From the IMG/VR virus record IMGVR_UViG_3300021168_000018: DNA of 64,000 nt. One strand, written 5' to 3'. The stretch comes from a virus. The stretch's first letter is position 1. Each line of letters opens with the position of its first letter. The notes below the pieces were generated by a model. That model worked only from the letters and a program-made list of their open reading frames with translations, ran no database searches and was not told where the DNA came from. Shown piece by piece: positions 1-8,894 of the stretch. The position numbers were made by a program, and so were the translations under genes.

Positions 1-792
1 GTAGTCGAACCAGTACAATTGCTTGTTGTACGGTCCGGCTATCAGCGGCGTGAAGTCCGGCTCTCTTCCAGCTAGATTGAAACTGTTCCCGCCGTCCCAG
101 TTGGGACTAATCTGCCCTACGCCGCCAGAGCTTCCGATGTCCTCCTGTGAGAAGAAGTCCTCGCGCAATTTCTTGTACTCGTTGACGAAGCCTGACTCCT
201 TCAGCCTGCGACCGATTTGCCTGTCCACCTTGTTATAGAGGCCGACCAGCTTGGGATTCAGCCTGACGCCAGCCACGGTCGCTTGTCCGGCTTCTCTCAG
301 CTTGGTTCTTTTTGCTAGACCCGACAATAGCTCCGTCTGAATCTTGGCTTCTCTCAGCTTTCGGTAGTACGGGGATTTCATGTAGTCAATGAGCGTGGGA
401 TAGTGCGCTTCTCTGAATATCCCGTTCTTCATTTGTGCTACTGAGGAAATGATCAGCTTAGCGTCCACGTCCATGACGACCGCTTCTTTGTGGTAGGTGA
501 TTTGCGTCTGACTGGTTTCGTCTGGACGGGAGATAGCGTCCATTTCTTCACGAGTCGGTGGCGTGATGTACGGATTGGACATCGTGATATACGGCTTGAA
601 CGGGGCGACCTTGGACTCGGGGTCGATTGTGGGGAGCGGCGCTCCTTCGTCTACGTAGTCCTTGCCATTGTTGAACTGGTCCTTCTCGCGTTCCAGTTTG
701 ACGGACTGCTTGCCAGACGCGCTACGAATGAAAGGGAGCGGCGCGTTCTTGTTGGGAGGCGAGTTGGTCGGGTTGACTACTTTGGAAGCCAT
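1..792 (-). CDS. Probable portal protein, N-terminal part (runs off the left edge)
   Basis: Manually translated open frame from ATG at 792 (RBS GGAGAACAA) to position 1: MASKVVNPTNSPPNK...FTPLIAGPYNKQLYWFDY. Directly follows the terminase genes. N-terminal region carries repeated (L/F)xE motifs. Not in the supplied track because it lacks a stop. Confidence 0.55.
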   Translation of the reverse strand, partial: MASKVVNPTNSPPNKNAPLPFIRSASGKQSVKLEREKDQFNNGKDYVDEGAPLPTIDPESKVAPFKPYITMSNPYITPPTREEMDAISRPDETSQTQITYHKEAVVMDVDAKLIISSVAQMKNGIFREAHYPTLIDYMKSPYYRKLREAKIQTELLSGLAKRTKLREAGQATVAGVRLNPKLVGLYNKVDRQIGRRLKESGFVNEYKKLREDFFSQEDIGSSGGVGQISPNWDGGNSFNLAGREPDFTPLIAGPYNKQLYWFDY

Positions 793-817
793 TTGTTCTC
801 CTGAACAAAATTACTTA

Positions 818-1465
818 TCAATACTGACTCCTGAAGACATCATAGGGGTCCCCAATGTGGTGTCTCCTTCCGGTCCCTCCCGCTATCACGACCGCGAATC
901 CCTTGCTAGTGCCGCCAGCGTATTCTTGATTTACGAAGTCGGGCCCTGTCAGCATGTGGACCACGCCGCACGCCGCGTCCACTGTGTCATCGTGGTCACC
1001 GAACGGTGCATCCAGCGCTTCCTTGATGAAACGGCGGAAACACGGATGCGCTTCCAGATGTCCATGACTGCCTCTGACGGCGCGGATGCGGACTCTGCCT
1101 GTTTCGAAGTGTGGCGTGGACAGCTGCCATTTGTAGACCTTGTCTCCAGGCTGATCGACTGGGACCACTGGCAATCCCTTTTCCCACGCTTGCTGACCGA
1201 GTGCCCACTGGTAGCCATTTCGCTCGACGCCGATTTTCACAGAATGCCATGCTACGTGCTCCCTGACCATAACTCTTACTTGATCTGGGAAGGGGATTTG
1301 CGCTCTGTACATATCTAGCAGATAGACCAGTTCTTTTATCCTGACCGCAGTACACAGACAGAACCAGTCAGCTTGGACCGTTCCATCTGGCTTCACCTTG
1401 ACGCCCGGATCGTTTTCGGACTTCAAAGCCAAATCAATATACTGGAGCGGCCTAATCGTTATCAT
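818..1465 (-). CDS. Terminase large subunit, stand-alone C-terminal RNase H-like nuclease domain
   Basis: YIDLA..., IGVERNGYQ and PFGDHDDTVDAACG match the acidic motifs of TerL nuclease domains. Lies directly upstream of the probable portal. Confidence 0.75.
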   Translation of the reverse strand: MITIRPLQYIDLALKSENDPGVKVKPDGTVQADWFCLCTAVRIKELVYLLDMYRAQIPFPDQVRVMVREHVAWHSVKIGVERNGYQWALGQQAWEKGLPVVPVDQPGDKVYKWQLSTPHFETGRVRIRAVRGSHGHLEAHPCFRRFIKEALDAPFGDHDDTVDAACGVVHMLTGPDFVNQEYAGGTSKGFAVVIAGGTGRRHHIGDPYDVFRSQY

Positions 1466-1647
1466 TTTGTCGCGTGTTCGCTATTGCATTTCGGGCACTC
1501 GTCGTGGCGGTCTAGCTTTGTGCCGCAGATTGAACAGTACAAATCGAACCTAGTGCCCTTTGGTCTTTCCGACTGCTTTTTCACTTCTGTTAGGCGTCTG
1601 CTTGTTGCCATTTTTCTTCCCCTTCTTGTTGTGCAACCAGTCTGCAT
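1462..1647 (-). CDS. Small Zn-ribbon protein
   Basis: CSIC...CPKC; stop overlaps the next ATG (ATGA). Confidence 0.45.
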   Translation of the reverse strand: MQTGCTTRRGRKMATSRRLTEVKKQSERPKGTRFDLYCSICGTKLDRHDECPKCNSEHATK

Positions 1648-1686
1648 TTTCTGCTGTATCGTCGATGCGTACAGTTTTTATTTTCT

Positions 1687-2853
1687 TCATGTCATTTCCA
1701 CGTCGCCCTTCTTGAACTTTTCGAACGGTTGGTGATGTCCCACTATGTATTCTTTCTCGCTAGAATGCGACGAGAACAGCCACGGCGTCGCGCTATGGAC
1801 AGCCCAGATATTGCTAGGGTCCACTTTGAGTTTGAGCACGACATCTCCAAAGCCGGAAGCTACAGATTTAGACTGGCTCCAACTGCTCAAACTGTTGACC
1901 GCCAGTTTCACCTCACCGTCGTTTTTGATGGCGTCGATTATGTCCTTAGCCGCTTTGCCTGCCACGCCGCGATACAGAACTGAGATGCCCTGTTCTTTTG
2001 CGTAGGCTCCAGCGTAGGCTTTCATAGCCATGACAGCCGGTTTCATCTTGTCAGCATCGCCCTTTGTTTCGTCGTACTCGTCCTTGATTTTGTTGCTGTG
2101 ACCATCGGTGTATTCACCGCTCGGCTTGCGACCGTAATACTCCATAGCGACCATGCGCATCGCTTGCGGCTTGTCAGAATTCACAGTACCAGTCCATGCT
2201 CTGACAGCGTATTCCATGCTATCTCTAGAGTCTTGAGAAACTCCCATCTCTTTGTAGTAATTGCTGAATAGCTCCTTGGAACCCTTGGGATCGTTTGGTC
2301 CCATAGACATGTAATCTTTGGCGAGCTTAGTTGCCTTAGCTTCTGTCTCTTCGGTCCTCTTCTCAGACTCTGGAGTTTGGACAGACGCTCTATTAGCAAC
2401 GAATAAGCGAATAGAAGCTTCGTCACCTAGCTTGAACAGCCCACCTTTGCCAGCGCCAGATATTTCCAGAGACCATCGACCAGTTTGCTTGCCTGCTTTG
2501 CGAATACCGTTTAGAGAATGCTTCTGGTCCTGGTCTTCGGAACTCATCTTCGATTTCAGTTCTGAAAACTTAATCCAATCACCATTTAGAGACTCTAGGA
2601 AATTGTACGTCTTCCCTTTCAGTGAGCCATGCTTCCAATAGCCTCCGGCTTTGGATGGGTCGATGGTCTTGCTGCCATACTTGGATTTCTTAGGAGTATC
2701 GTCTTCCTGTTTATGGTGATGCCACTTCTGGCCGAGGACGCCGTGCTCAGTGAGACGTGTGGACTCCACGAATTTCTGCACTCTGACTGTGAATGGCAGC
2801 GGTCGATGCAGTATTTTGTTATACTGAGCTATCGACTCTTCCAGAGACCACAT
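1687..2853 (-). CDS. Putative virion-associated ADP-ribosyltransferase (R-S-E clade, VIP2/Alt-like C-terminal domain)
   Basis: C-terminal VLYRG...SLSSWS...SEKEYIV triad. N-terminal HGVLGQKW resembles the HxGxxGxKW motif of phage head-associated proteins. Confidence 0.6.
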   Translation of the reverse strand: MWSLEESIAQYNKILHRPLPFTVRVQKFVESTRLTEHGVLGQKWHHHKQEDDTPKKSKYGSKTIDPSKAGGYWKHGSLKGKTYNFLESLNGDWIKFSELKSKMSSEDQDQKHSLNGIRKAGKQTGRWSLEISGAGKGGLFKLGDEASIRLFVANRASVQTPESEKRTEETEAKATKLAKDYMSMGPNDPKGSKELFSNYYKEMGVSQDSRDSMEYAVRAWTGTVNSDKPQAMRMVAMEYYGRKPSGEYTDGHSNKIKDEYDETKGDADKMKPAVMAMKAYAGAYAKEQGISVLYRGVAGKAAKDIIDAIKNDGEVKLAVNSLSSWSQSKSVASGFGDVVLKLKVDPSNIWAVHSATPWLFSSHSSEKEYIVGHHQPFEKFKKGDVEMT

Positions 2854-3076
2854 TTCGTCTCCACTCCTTCAATATCAAACTCGCCTCTGTGCCCCAGTCC
2901 ATAGACCTCATCAGCGCCCCGACCTTGTCCTTGTGGTCATCATCCATTTCTGCCTGCCTGCAATAGAGCCATAGACCGATTGCTTGGAAGAATTTACGCT
3001 GGATAGTGACTGGCATGGAGTGTGCAAGGACAGGTGCAACTCTTTTTTGTGCAGTTGTTATGGTTTCCATGAGCAC
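2819..3076 (-). CDS. Hypothetical protein (true start may be internal)
   Basis: Fills the gap on the coding strand; no motif recognised. Confidence 0.3.
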   Translation of the reverse strand: MLMETITTAQKRVAPVLAHSMPVTIQRKFFQAIGLWLYCRQAEMDDDHKDKVGALMRSMDWGTEASLILKEWRRNVVSGRVDSSV

Positions 3077-3194
3077 ATGCGTGACTCACCCCTTGCGTTT
3101 TCATTAGATGTCCATGAGTTTTCTTAGCTCTTCTCTTAGCTCTCAAATCACTCCATGTAGGTGCATTGAAATGTATTGCTTCAGCCAGCCTCAT
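2994..3194 (-). CDS. Small Cys/His-rich protein
   Basis: ATGA overlap with the TerL ATPase stop; C-terminal HACAH...CTKKSCTCPCTLH. Confidence 0.4.
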   Translation of the reverse strand: MRLAEAIHFNAPTWSDLRAKRRAKKTHGHLMKTQGVSHACAHGNHNNCTKKSCTCPCTLHASHYPA

Positions 3195-4450
3195 GCTGCT
3201 TTCTCCTCTACTTCTGGCAAGAGATAGTGGTAGCCGTCTTCTTCGTTGAGGTACAATTGCTGAGAATCAAAAAAGTAGAACCAATCTTTCTTGAAAATTG
3301 CTCCCTCACCTTCCTGTATCTCATTCTGCTTCTCTCTGGAAAATGAAGTGATTCCCTGAGTCACACGGTCCATGAGCAATTCTCGGATGCCCCATCCAAA
3401 CACCATCGGCTTCTTAGTTTCGGTATCTATCAGTGGCTCCCCAAAATTGTTCACCTTCTCTGTGGCTGGCCAAAGCACTTCATAATCGTCTGTGAGCAGT
3501 TCCACGTCCACGATTTGCTCTTCCGCCTTGACGTCCTGTAGACCGCGCACGTACCTTCCTGTGTCCGTGATATAGACCCATCCCTCGATTTCCTTGTCTG
3601 GATTCTTTGGGTCGGGTATCATCGGATACTTGATGATGGCTTTCTCTACGTTGTGCTTCCACGTCCGTGTTTCAAGCAATGTATTGTATAGATCTCGTCT
3701 GTTTTTCCTAGTTCCAGTAACTCGAAACTGAGTTGGCGGTTCGCGTAGATTCCAGACCGTGCCCCAGAACCAGTTTTCGATGGTTGCCATGCGTTCGATG
3801 GTCTTTGTGTTTTCATCGTCGAGTGGGTCATCGGCATTGATTGTCTCAAAATGACCGCCAGTAATACCTCCAAGCACTCCGACTTTCTCATAGGTGTGGT
3901 CCTTCTCTACGCTGTCGTGGATATTTCTCTTACAACTGAATCTGCTCTTGAGCCAATTGTTCGGGTCGCGTATATCCCCAAAATCTTCGTTGAGATAATG
4001 GTTCTCTTCTATAGTGACTCGGACCTGTTCGGCGTATTTTCCAGCCATCTCATCGGTCTTGGAAATTTGCAGGAATCGGTACGTGACCGCTTCTAAATGG
4101 TTCTGTATCAGGTTTTCGTAGATGCGGTAGAGCGGCTGTCCATACGAGAATATCCAAGATTTGCCATGATCGCGTGGTGCCAGTTCTAGCAGGTATTTCA
4201 CGCTCCAGAGTTGCAGCCAGCGACGCTGATGCTCTGGCAACCGAAATCCAAGGTAGTAAGTGAGGAAGAACTCCGGGCTATGCAGGACCAGTTGATGGCG
4301 GAATTCTCTAGACGTGTATTGCCTGATGAGAGTCCGCAAGCCGTTGATGCCTTGACCCTTGGCTTGCGAGAGCAGGTCAGCTAGCTTTTTCTTGGTCGAC
4401 TTCTTGAACTTCGGAATTGTCGGCATTTGGAGCAGGAGCAGGCAACGCAT
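3191..4450 (-). CDS. Terminase large subunit, ATPase domain only
   Basis: Walker A ELAPRDHGKS, Walker B INADDPLDD, coupling motif VTGTR, C-terminal FSREKQN. Ends without a nuclease domain. ATG at 4426 is an alternative start. Confidence 0.85.
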   Translation of the reverse strand: MRCLLLLQMPTIPKFKKSTKKKLADLLSQAKGQGINGLRTLIRQYTSREFRHQLVLHSPEFFLTYYLGFRLPEHQRRWLQLWSVKYLLELAPRDHGKSWIFSYGQPLYRIYENLIQNHLEAVTYRFLQISKTDEMAGKYAEQVRVTIEENHYLNEDFGDIRDPNNWLKSRFSCKRNIHDSVEKDHTYEKVGVLGGITGGHFETINADDPLDDENTKTIERMATIENWFWGTVWNLREPPTQFRVTGTRKNRRDLYNTLLETRTWKHNVEKAIIKYPMIPDPKNPDKEIEGWVYITDTGRYVRGLQDVKAEEQIVDVELLTDDYEVLWPATEKVNNFGEPLIDTETKKPMVFGWGIRELLMDRVTQGITSFSREKQNEIQEGEGAIFKKDWFYFFDSQQLYLNEEDGYHYLLPEVEEKAA

Positions 4451-5048
4451 TGATTACCTTGCTCACCGTCTTCCCCTTGACAATCTTGGGCTGGACTTCC
4501 TTGCCGCCTCCAGCCATGTTCCTGAAAGCTTCCACGAACGCTACCATGATTTCCTGGTCCATCGGCTTATGCAAGTGCTTGACTGAACCGTGCATTTTCA
4601 CAGCGCCAGATATTTGTTGCTTGCTCTCCACATTCTTTTTGTAGAAGCCACGACCAGCTAGGAACTTTTCAGCGACGTTGTAGCGGAGATAGTCGTCTGG
4701 AGAGTCCATGGCTTCTTCTACGATACGAATTGCGCGACCCGCTTTGGCATCTAGGCGACCGTCGATGTTTTCGGCGTACTTGGCGGCATAGTGCAGATAG
4801 TAGTTTTTGAACAGCTTGTGATAGTGCATGTAGCGGTAGAACGTGTTGGTATCCATGCCCATCGTCTTGCAGGCATCCTTGACAGTCATTCCGTTGACGA
4901 CCTTGCGAGCTAGCTTCATTTGCCTGCGAGTCAGCTTGTCGTAGCCTCTCGGGACTATCTTCTCATCGCGCATCCGCTCTCGCATAGAACGTGTGAGAGG
5001 AGCGTCTGGATAGTCTTTGAGGAGCCTTGGGAAACGACGTATTTTCAT
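4377..5048 (-). CDS. Candidate terminase small subunit (HTH)
   Basis: HTH-like LTRRQMKLARKVVNGMTVKDACKTMGMDTNTFYRY; immediately upstream of terL; begins MKIRRFPRL. Confidence 0.5.
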   Translation of the reverse strand: MKIRRFPRLLKDYPDAPLTRSMRERMRDEKIVPRGYDKLTRRQMKLARKVVNGMTVKDACKTMGMDTNTFYRYMHYHKLFKNYYLHYAAKYAENIDGRLDAKAGRAIRIVEEAMDSPDDYLRYNVAEKFLAGRGFYKKNVESKQQISGAVKMHGSVKHLHKPMDQEIMVAFVEAFRNMAGGGKEVQPKIVKGKTVSKVINALPAPAPNADNSEVQEVDQEKAS

Positions 5049-5362
5049 AGTGGCTTTATTTTATCCTTACTGATAGAATTACTTTGGTCTACGTTGGCAA
5101 AAATCTTCTTGTAGCCTCGCGTAACGATGATGATTGTAGCGACAAAGAGCTGTCCTATGAGATGTGAATAGCGGAAAGGGACAGCTACTTCTGTGCCCTT
5201 GATAATCATCTCGTATTGCACGTTTAGATTGCCATGCTTGTCTTCAGTGATGAGCACGCGAGTTTCGGTAGTGTCCTTGTTGACGACTTCTTCCGCCATC
5301 ATTGCACCGTCGTATTTTCTTCTGGCTCTTTCTCCAGATCCATGTTGATATTGCGACCGCAC
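5045..5362 (-). CDS. Hypothetical protein
   Basis: Coupled ORF on the coding strand. Confidence 0.4.
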   Translation of the reverse strand: MRSQYQHGSGERARRKYDGAMMAEEVVNKDTTETRVLITEDKHGNLNVQYEMIIKGTEVAVPFRYSHLIGQLFVATIIIVTRGYKKIFANVDQSNSISKDKIKPL

Positions 5363-5685
5363 TGTTTCTGTGTTATCTTGATTTCCAGCTCCTGCTCCGT
5401 GTCAGCCAGTCTCTGCTCTAGCAATGTGACTGTGACGGCCATGACGTCCCACACTGTGAATTCCCGCTTAGAGCAAATCAGATTGGTCAAAGCAATCTGA
5501 CTGGCATGGTTCATGGCTGTTTGGATGTACATCTCACGGACCAGCGTATCCAGACCCATGCCGGACTCTGGTATCTCTCCCTGCATCAAATACCAGCCAG
5601 AGTAGTTTTCGAAACGCTTGATGCACTTGCCCATGCGATTGTTGATTGCTTCCTGCTCAGGAGTTAGCTTTATTTCGTCGGGCAT
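5299..5685 (-). CDS. Hypothetical protein
   Basis: RBS GAAAGGAAA before ATG at 5685. Confidence 0.5.
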   Translation of the reverse strand: MPDEIKLTPEQEAINNRMGKCIKRFENYSGWYLMQGEIPESGMGLDTLVREMYIQTAMNHASQIALTNLICSKREFTVWDVMAVTVTLLEQRLADTEQELEIKITQKQCGRNINMDLEKEPEENTTVQ

Positions 5686-6136
5686 GTTTTCCTTTCAGAC
5701 GCGGGAATCGTGGTATGATACGGATTGCATTTTTCAGAAAATGTTTCCAAGGCACTAGCCCTATCGCGAAACTTTTCTTGCCGAGGACCATTGCATAGAT
5801 GGGACAGTTGTTGGCACGCATGACCAGCACTGGAGTTGTTCCAGGTGCTTTCTTAGCGCCGTCGAGCGTCTGCTGGACCCAACGTTTTTCTTCAGATTGG
5901 TGCATCAGCAGGAAGTTTTCAAACCGTATCTTCTTTCGGTGCTTCATCTCCAGACAAAATGGAAATATCTTTGCTAGTCGCTCTGATATTTCCAAATCGC
6001 CTGCCGCACGCGGATGACCGCCGGATAATGTAGACCGCCAGCAATCCTTCTGCGTGATGCCGAACTTGCTATAGGCTTTCACTATTTCCTTGGCTATCTT
6101 ACGCTCGAACGCGCTGCCCTTGCCATGACCTTTCAT
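5657..6136 (-). CDS. Holliday junction resolvase, PD-(D/E)xK (Hjc-like)
   Basis: KGSAFERKIAKEI, AGDL, CLEMK motifs. Confidence 0.75.
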   Translation of the reverse strand: MKGHGKGSAFERKIAKEIVKAYSKFGITQKDCWRSTLSGGHPRAAGDLEISERLAKIFPFCLEMKHRKKIRFENFLLMHQSEEKRWVQQTLDGAKKAPGTTPVLVMRANNCPIYAMVLGKKSFAIGLVPWKHFLKNAIRIIPRFPRLKGKHARRNKANS

Positions 6137-6501
6137 TATTTCCGCCTGTGCTCGCTTACGAGTTTGTCTTTCTCGATATGCTTCTTAGCCTCTTTCAACT
6201 TGTGCTTGGTTTGTTTGTAGATAGCCCTGATTTCCTTGCGCTTCAGTTTGTACTGCTCACAAAGAACTTCGCCTAGACGCCTGCTTTCTGCACCAGATTG
6301 AGAGCGTTGCAGCGTCTCGTAGATTGCTAGATTTCTCTCCTCGTTTTCTATGTCCGTTGTTGATGGGACGTGGACCGTCATGCCGGCGAACACCGTCAGG
6401 AACTTTTCCGTGTCCTCTATGCCAAATATGCTATGTATCTGGGATATCAACGACTGTGGATATAACTTTCCCAATTTTTGGATGAGTGATCGTGCTGGCA
6501 T
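6136..6501 (-). CDS. Mor-like transcription regulator
   Basis: FGIEDTEKFLTVFAGMTVHVP...RNLAIY...LCEQYKLKRKEIRAI resembles the Mor/C activator layout. Confidence 0.45.
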   Translation of the reverse strand: MPARSLIQKLGKLYPQSLISQIHSIFGIEDTEKFLTVFAGMTVHVPSTTDIENEERNLAIYETLQRSQSGAESRRLGEVLCEQYKLKRKEIRAIYKQTKHKLKEAKKHIEKDKLVSEHRRK

Positions 6502-7147
6502 TTGACCTCGCCTCCAGTAGCTTATTTCTTACGACCACTAGCGAATACTGGCAATACTGCTGAATCTCTTTCTTGTCTAAGCCTAGGTCCTTGAGCTGCC
6601 GGACCACGCTGCTCTTGTTGAAGAAGAAATCCCCAGCGACCATCGTCTTGTGTATCAGCTTGCAGGCTTTGCGATGTAGCTTCTTTTTCGGTGCTACGAA
6701 ACCGTTCGTATCGAACGCTTCCACAACGGCGTCGCTTATCAGGTTCAAGACGTACTGATTTTCCGGCGTTTGGAAGACTTCCTTGCCGTTCGCTTCTGCT
6801 TCCTTTTGGGCGGATTCGTCTGTAGAGAGGCTTGAAACAGGTCGGTGAAACCTTTTGTTGATCGACTTAGACATGTTGCAAATGACAGCCCACATAAACC
6901 CAAAAGCATTTCCCCTCTGAGGCTTGAATTTCGGGATAGCTTGTAGAACTTTGAGAATGCACTCCTGCTCGATATCTGCTTTGTAGCGTTTGTCATACAT
7001 CCCCTGTTTTGAGAGTGAGGCTTTGACTAGCGGTAATGTGAGCGTTAGAATCCTATCGCGTAACTTGAAATCTTTCTTGTTGCGAACATAGCGACGCATC
7101 AGTATCGTCATTTTCCGATTGTCGAAGATTGGTTTCTTTTTAGCCAT
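6431..7147 (-). CDS. Phage sigma-factor-like protein
   Basis: Region-2-like LTLPLVKASL...DIEQECILKVLQAIPKFKPQRGNAFGFMWAVICN. Confidence 0.55.
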   Translation of the reverse strand: MAKKKPIFDNRKMTILMRRYVRNKKDFKLRDRILTLTLPLVKASLSKQGMYDKRYKADIEQECILKVLQAIPKFKPQRGNAFGFMWAVICNMSKSINKRFHRPVSSLSTDESAQKEAEANGKEVFQTPENQYVLNLISDAVVEAFDTNGFVAPKKKLHRKACKLIHKTMVAGDFFFNKSSVVRQLKDLGLDKKEIQQYCQYSLVVVRNKLLEARSNASTITHPKIGKVISTVVDIPDT

Positions 7148-8894
7148 CTGGGACCCTCAGTCTGGAAATGCCTTTCCTCTTCGTCACTGTCCATACTGTT
7201 CCTAGTCTGGATTTCAATTCTCGACTGTGCGAGATAACGAATACGCTGCCGCGCTGCTTACTCAGGATTTCCAACACGCGCTCCCTGCCTGAAGAATCTA
7301 AACCATCTAACAACTCGTCGACGAATAGGCAATCTGCTGTACGCGCGAACCATGAAAAAACAAGCAATAGGCATATATCAATCCTTCGTCTACCGCCAGA
7401 AGATTCAGCGGTATAATTATCAGCATTCCTTCGAGTACGATAATGTACATTGAACAGTTCCCTCTCATCGCCCTTTTTCGTTTCCTTACTTGGACGGAAT
7501 TCCAGCTCCACGTCACTTTCGAAGATTTCGCTCGCGTACTCTTTCAGCTTGGCGTTCATAGCTGGCAACGCTTCCCGGACTATCAAAGCCTTGACACCCT
7601 TGTTTCCAAAGCCTTTCTCCCAGAACTCCAAGTCCTGTATTCGCTTCTGTAGCTTGTGCTCTTCGTATTTCAGTGCGAGCAGCTTGGACACTTGCCTAGC
7701 GTACTGCTTGGAGGCTTTCTCCAGTTCCTCTTGAAACACAGAAGAGGAGCGCCGCTGTAATTCTGCCAGACGCTCCTCTAACTGTGCTTTTCGCAGTCTA
7801 TGTGAGTCATCTAATTGTTTGAGTTTTTGTAGACGGCCTAGTTCCTTCCGCCCATCTGTTAGCCTCCTTTCGACTTTGTGTAGCGCCTTGACAGCGACCT
7901 GCTTTTCAGCTTTCAAACGAATTTTGTCTCGCTTGAAATGTTTGAGAATAGAAGTCAGGCTGTGTATTTCTTGTCCGCAAGTGGGACACGGCTTGCCTAT
8001 CAACTTTTCTCTGTTCAGTCGCTTCTCGGCGAGAAGTCTTAGCTGCCTAGAGACATGAGATAGTCTATGTCGAATAGCGGCTTTTCGCTCGATATATTTT
8101 TCGACACTGGCGCTGCAATGCCTAATTTCTTTATGAGAGCCTTTTTCAATTTCTGGTAGCGCCTGCATTTTCCTAAGTATGTCTTGTCGCTCTCGTTTCT
8201 GCTCTTGTTTGTAATTCCTAAGGCTATCCGTAAGCGACTCAATCTGTACTTTAGCAGAGGACGATTTTCCTCGCTGACGTTCCACTTCGATTTGAAGTTG
8301 TTGTGACTTCTCTCTACTCTTACTAATTTCATGCTTGGCTCTCCGTAGCGCGATTTCGAACTTCTCGAATTTGAGAAATGAGTCTAGCAGTTGTTTTTGT
8401 TGTGCGTCTGTCTGTAACGCGAACTGCTTGCGCGTGCCAGAATCGAAACCACCGAACACCACCGAATTGACAAAGCTGTCGTAATCACAATCCAGGATAT
8501 TCTCAAGGCGCGTCTGAGTGTCATCGCTGTGTCTGGAAGAAATAGGAATATTTCCCCGTGTGAGTACAAGTTTGTTACCGTGCTTCCAGTGCTTCCGATA
8601 TCGATAATATGAGTAGCGTTTCCCTGAGGCGGTAAAGGTCGTTCCAACGAAACAATTTTTCCTAGCTTTCCTATTGACCACTTGTCCATGTTTTAATCCT
8701 CGTAGAGTTCTTCCGAACAGGCACCAAAGCAGAGCTTCAACAATAGTGCTCTTTCCGGCCATGTTGGAATCGGCTGTTTGGTCATCTTCGTTGCTCCCTT
8801 CTATCTGCACGATGCCTTGATTCGCAAGCCTGATAACCGTCTTACCACGATAGCTCATGAAATTGTGCAACACGAGTTTGCGGAAATGGACCAA
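7140..8894 (-). CDS. SbcC/Rad50/gp46-like recombination ATPase
   Basis: Walker A NMAGKS, coiled coil with CPTC zinc hook, signature SSGGRRR, Walker B FVDELLDGLD, ISH. Confidence 0.92.
   Translation of the reverse strand: MVHFRKLVLHNFMSYRGKTVIRLANQGIVQIEGSNEDDQTADSNMAGKSTIVEALLWCLFGRTLRGLKHGQVVNRKARKNCFVGTTFTASGKRYSYYRYRKHWKHGNKLVLTRGNIPISSRHSDDTQTRLENILDCDYDSFVNSVVFGGFDSGTRKQFALQTDAQQKQLLDSFLKFEKFEIALRRAKHEISKSREKSQQLQIEVERQRGKSSSAKVQIESLTDSLRNYKQEQKRERQDILRKMQALPEIEKGSHKEIRHCSASVEKYIERKAAIRHRLSHVSRQLRLLAEKRLNREKLIGKPCPTCGQEIHSLTSILKHFKRDKIRLKAEKQVAVKALHKVERRLTDGRKELGRLQKLKQLDDSHRLRKAQLEERLAELQRRSSSVFQEELEKASKQYARQVSKLLALKYEEHKLQKRIQDLEFWEKGFGNKGVKALIVREALPAMNAKLKEYASEIFESDVELEFRPSKETKKGDERELFNVHYRTRRNADNYTAESSGGRRRIDICLLLVFSWFARTADCLFVDELLDGLDSSGRERVLEILSKQRGSVFVISHSRELKSRLGTVWTVTKRKGISRLRVPDG

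Noticed and set aside
1465-3191. Intein, intron or stop-codon recoding explaining the split terminase
   Set aside because: The intervening DNA holds independent, RBS-led genes with no splicing motifs. Other genes use TAG, TGA and TAA as ordinary stops, so an alternative code is not indicated.
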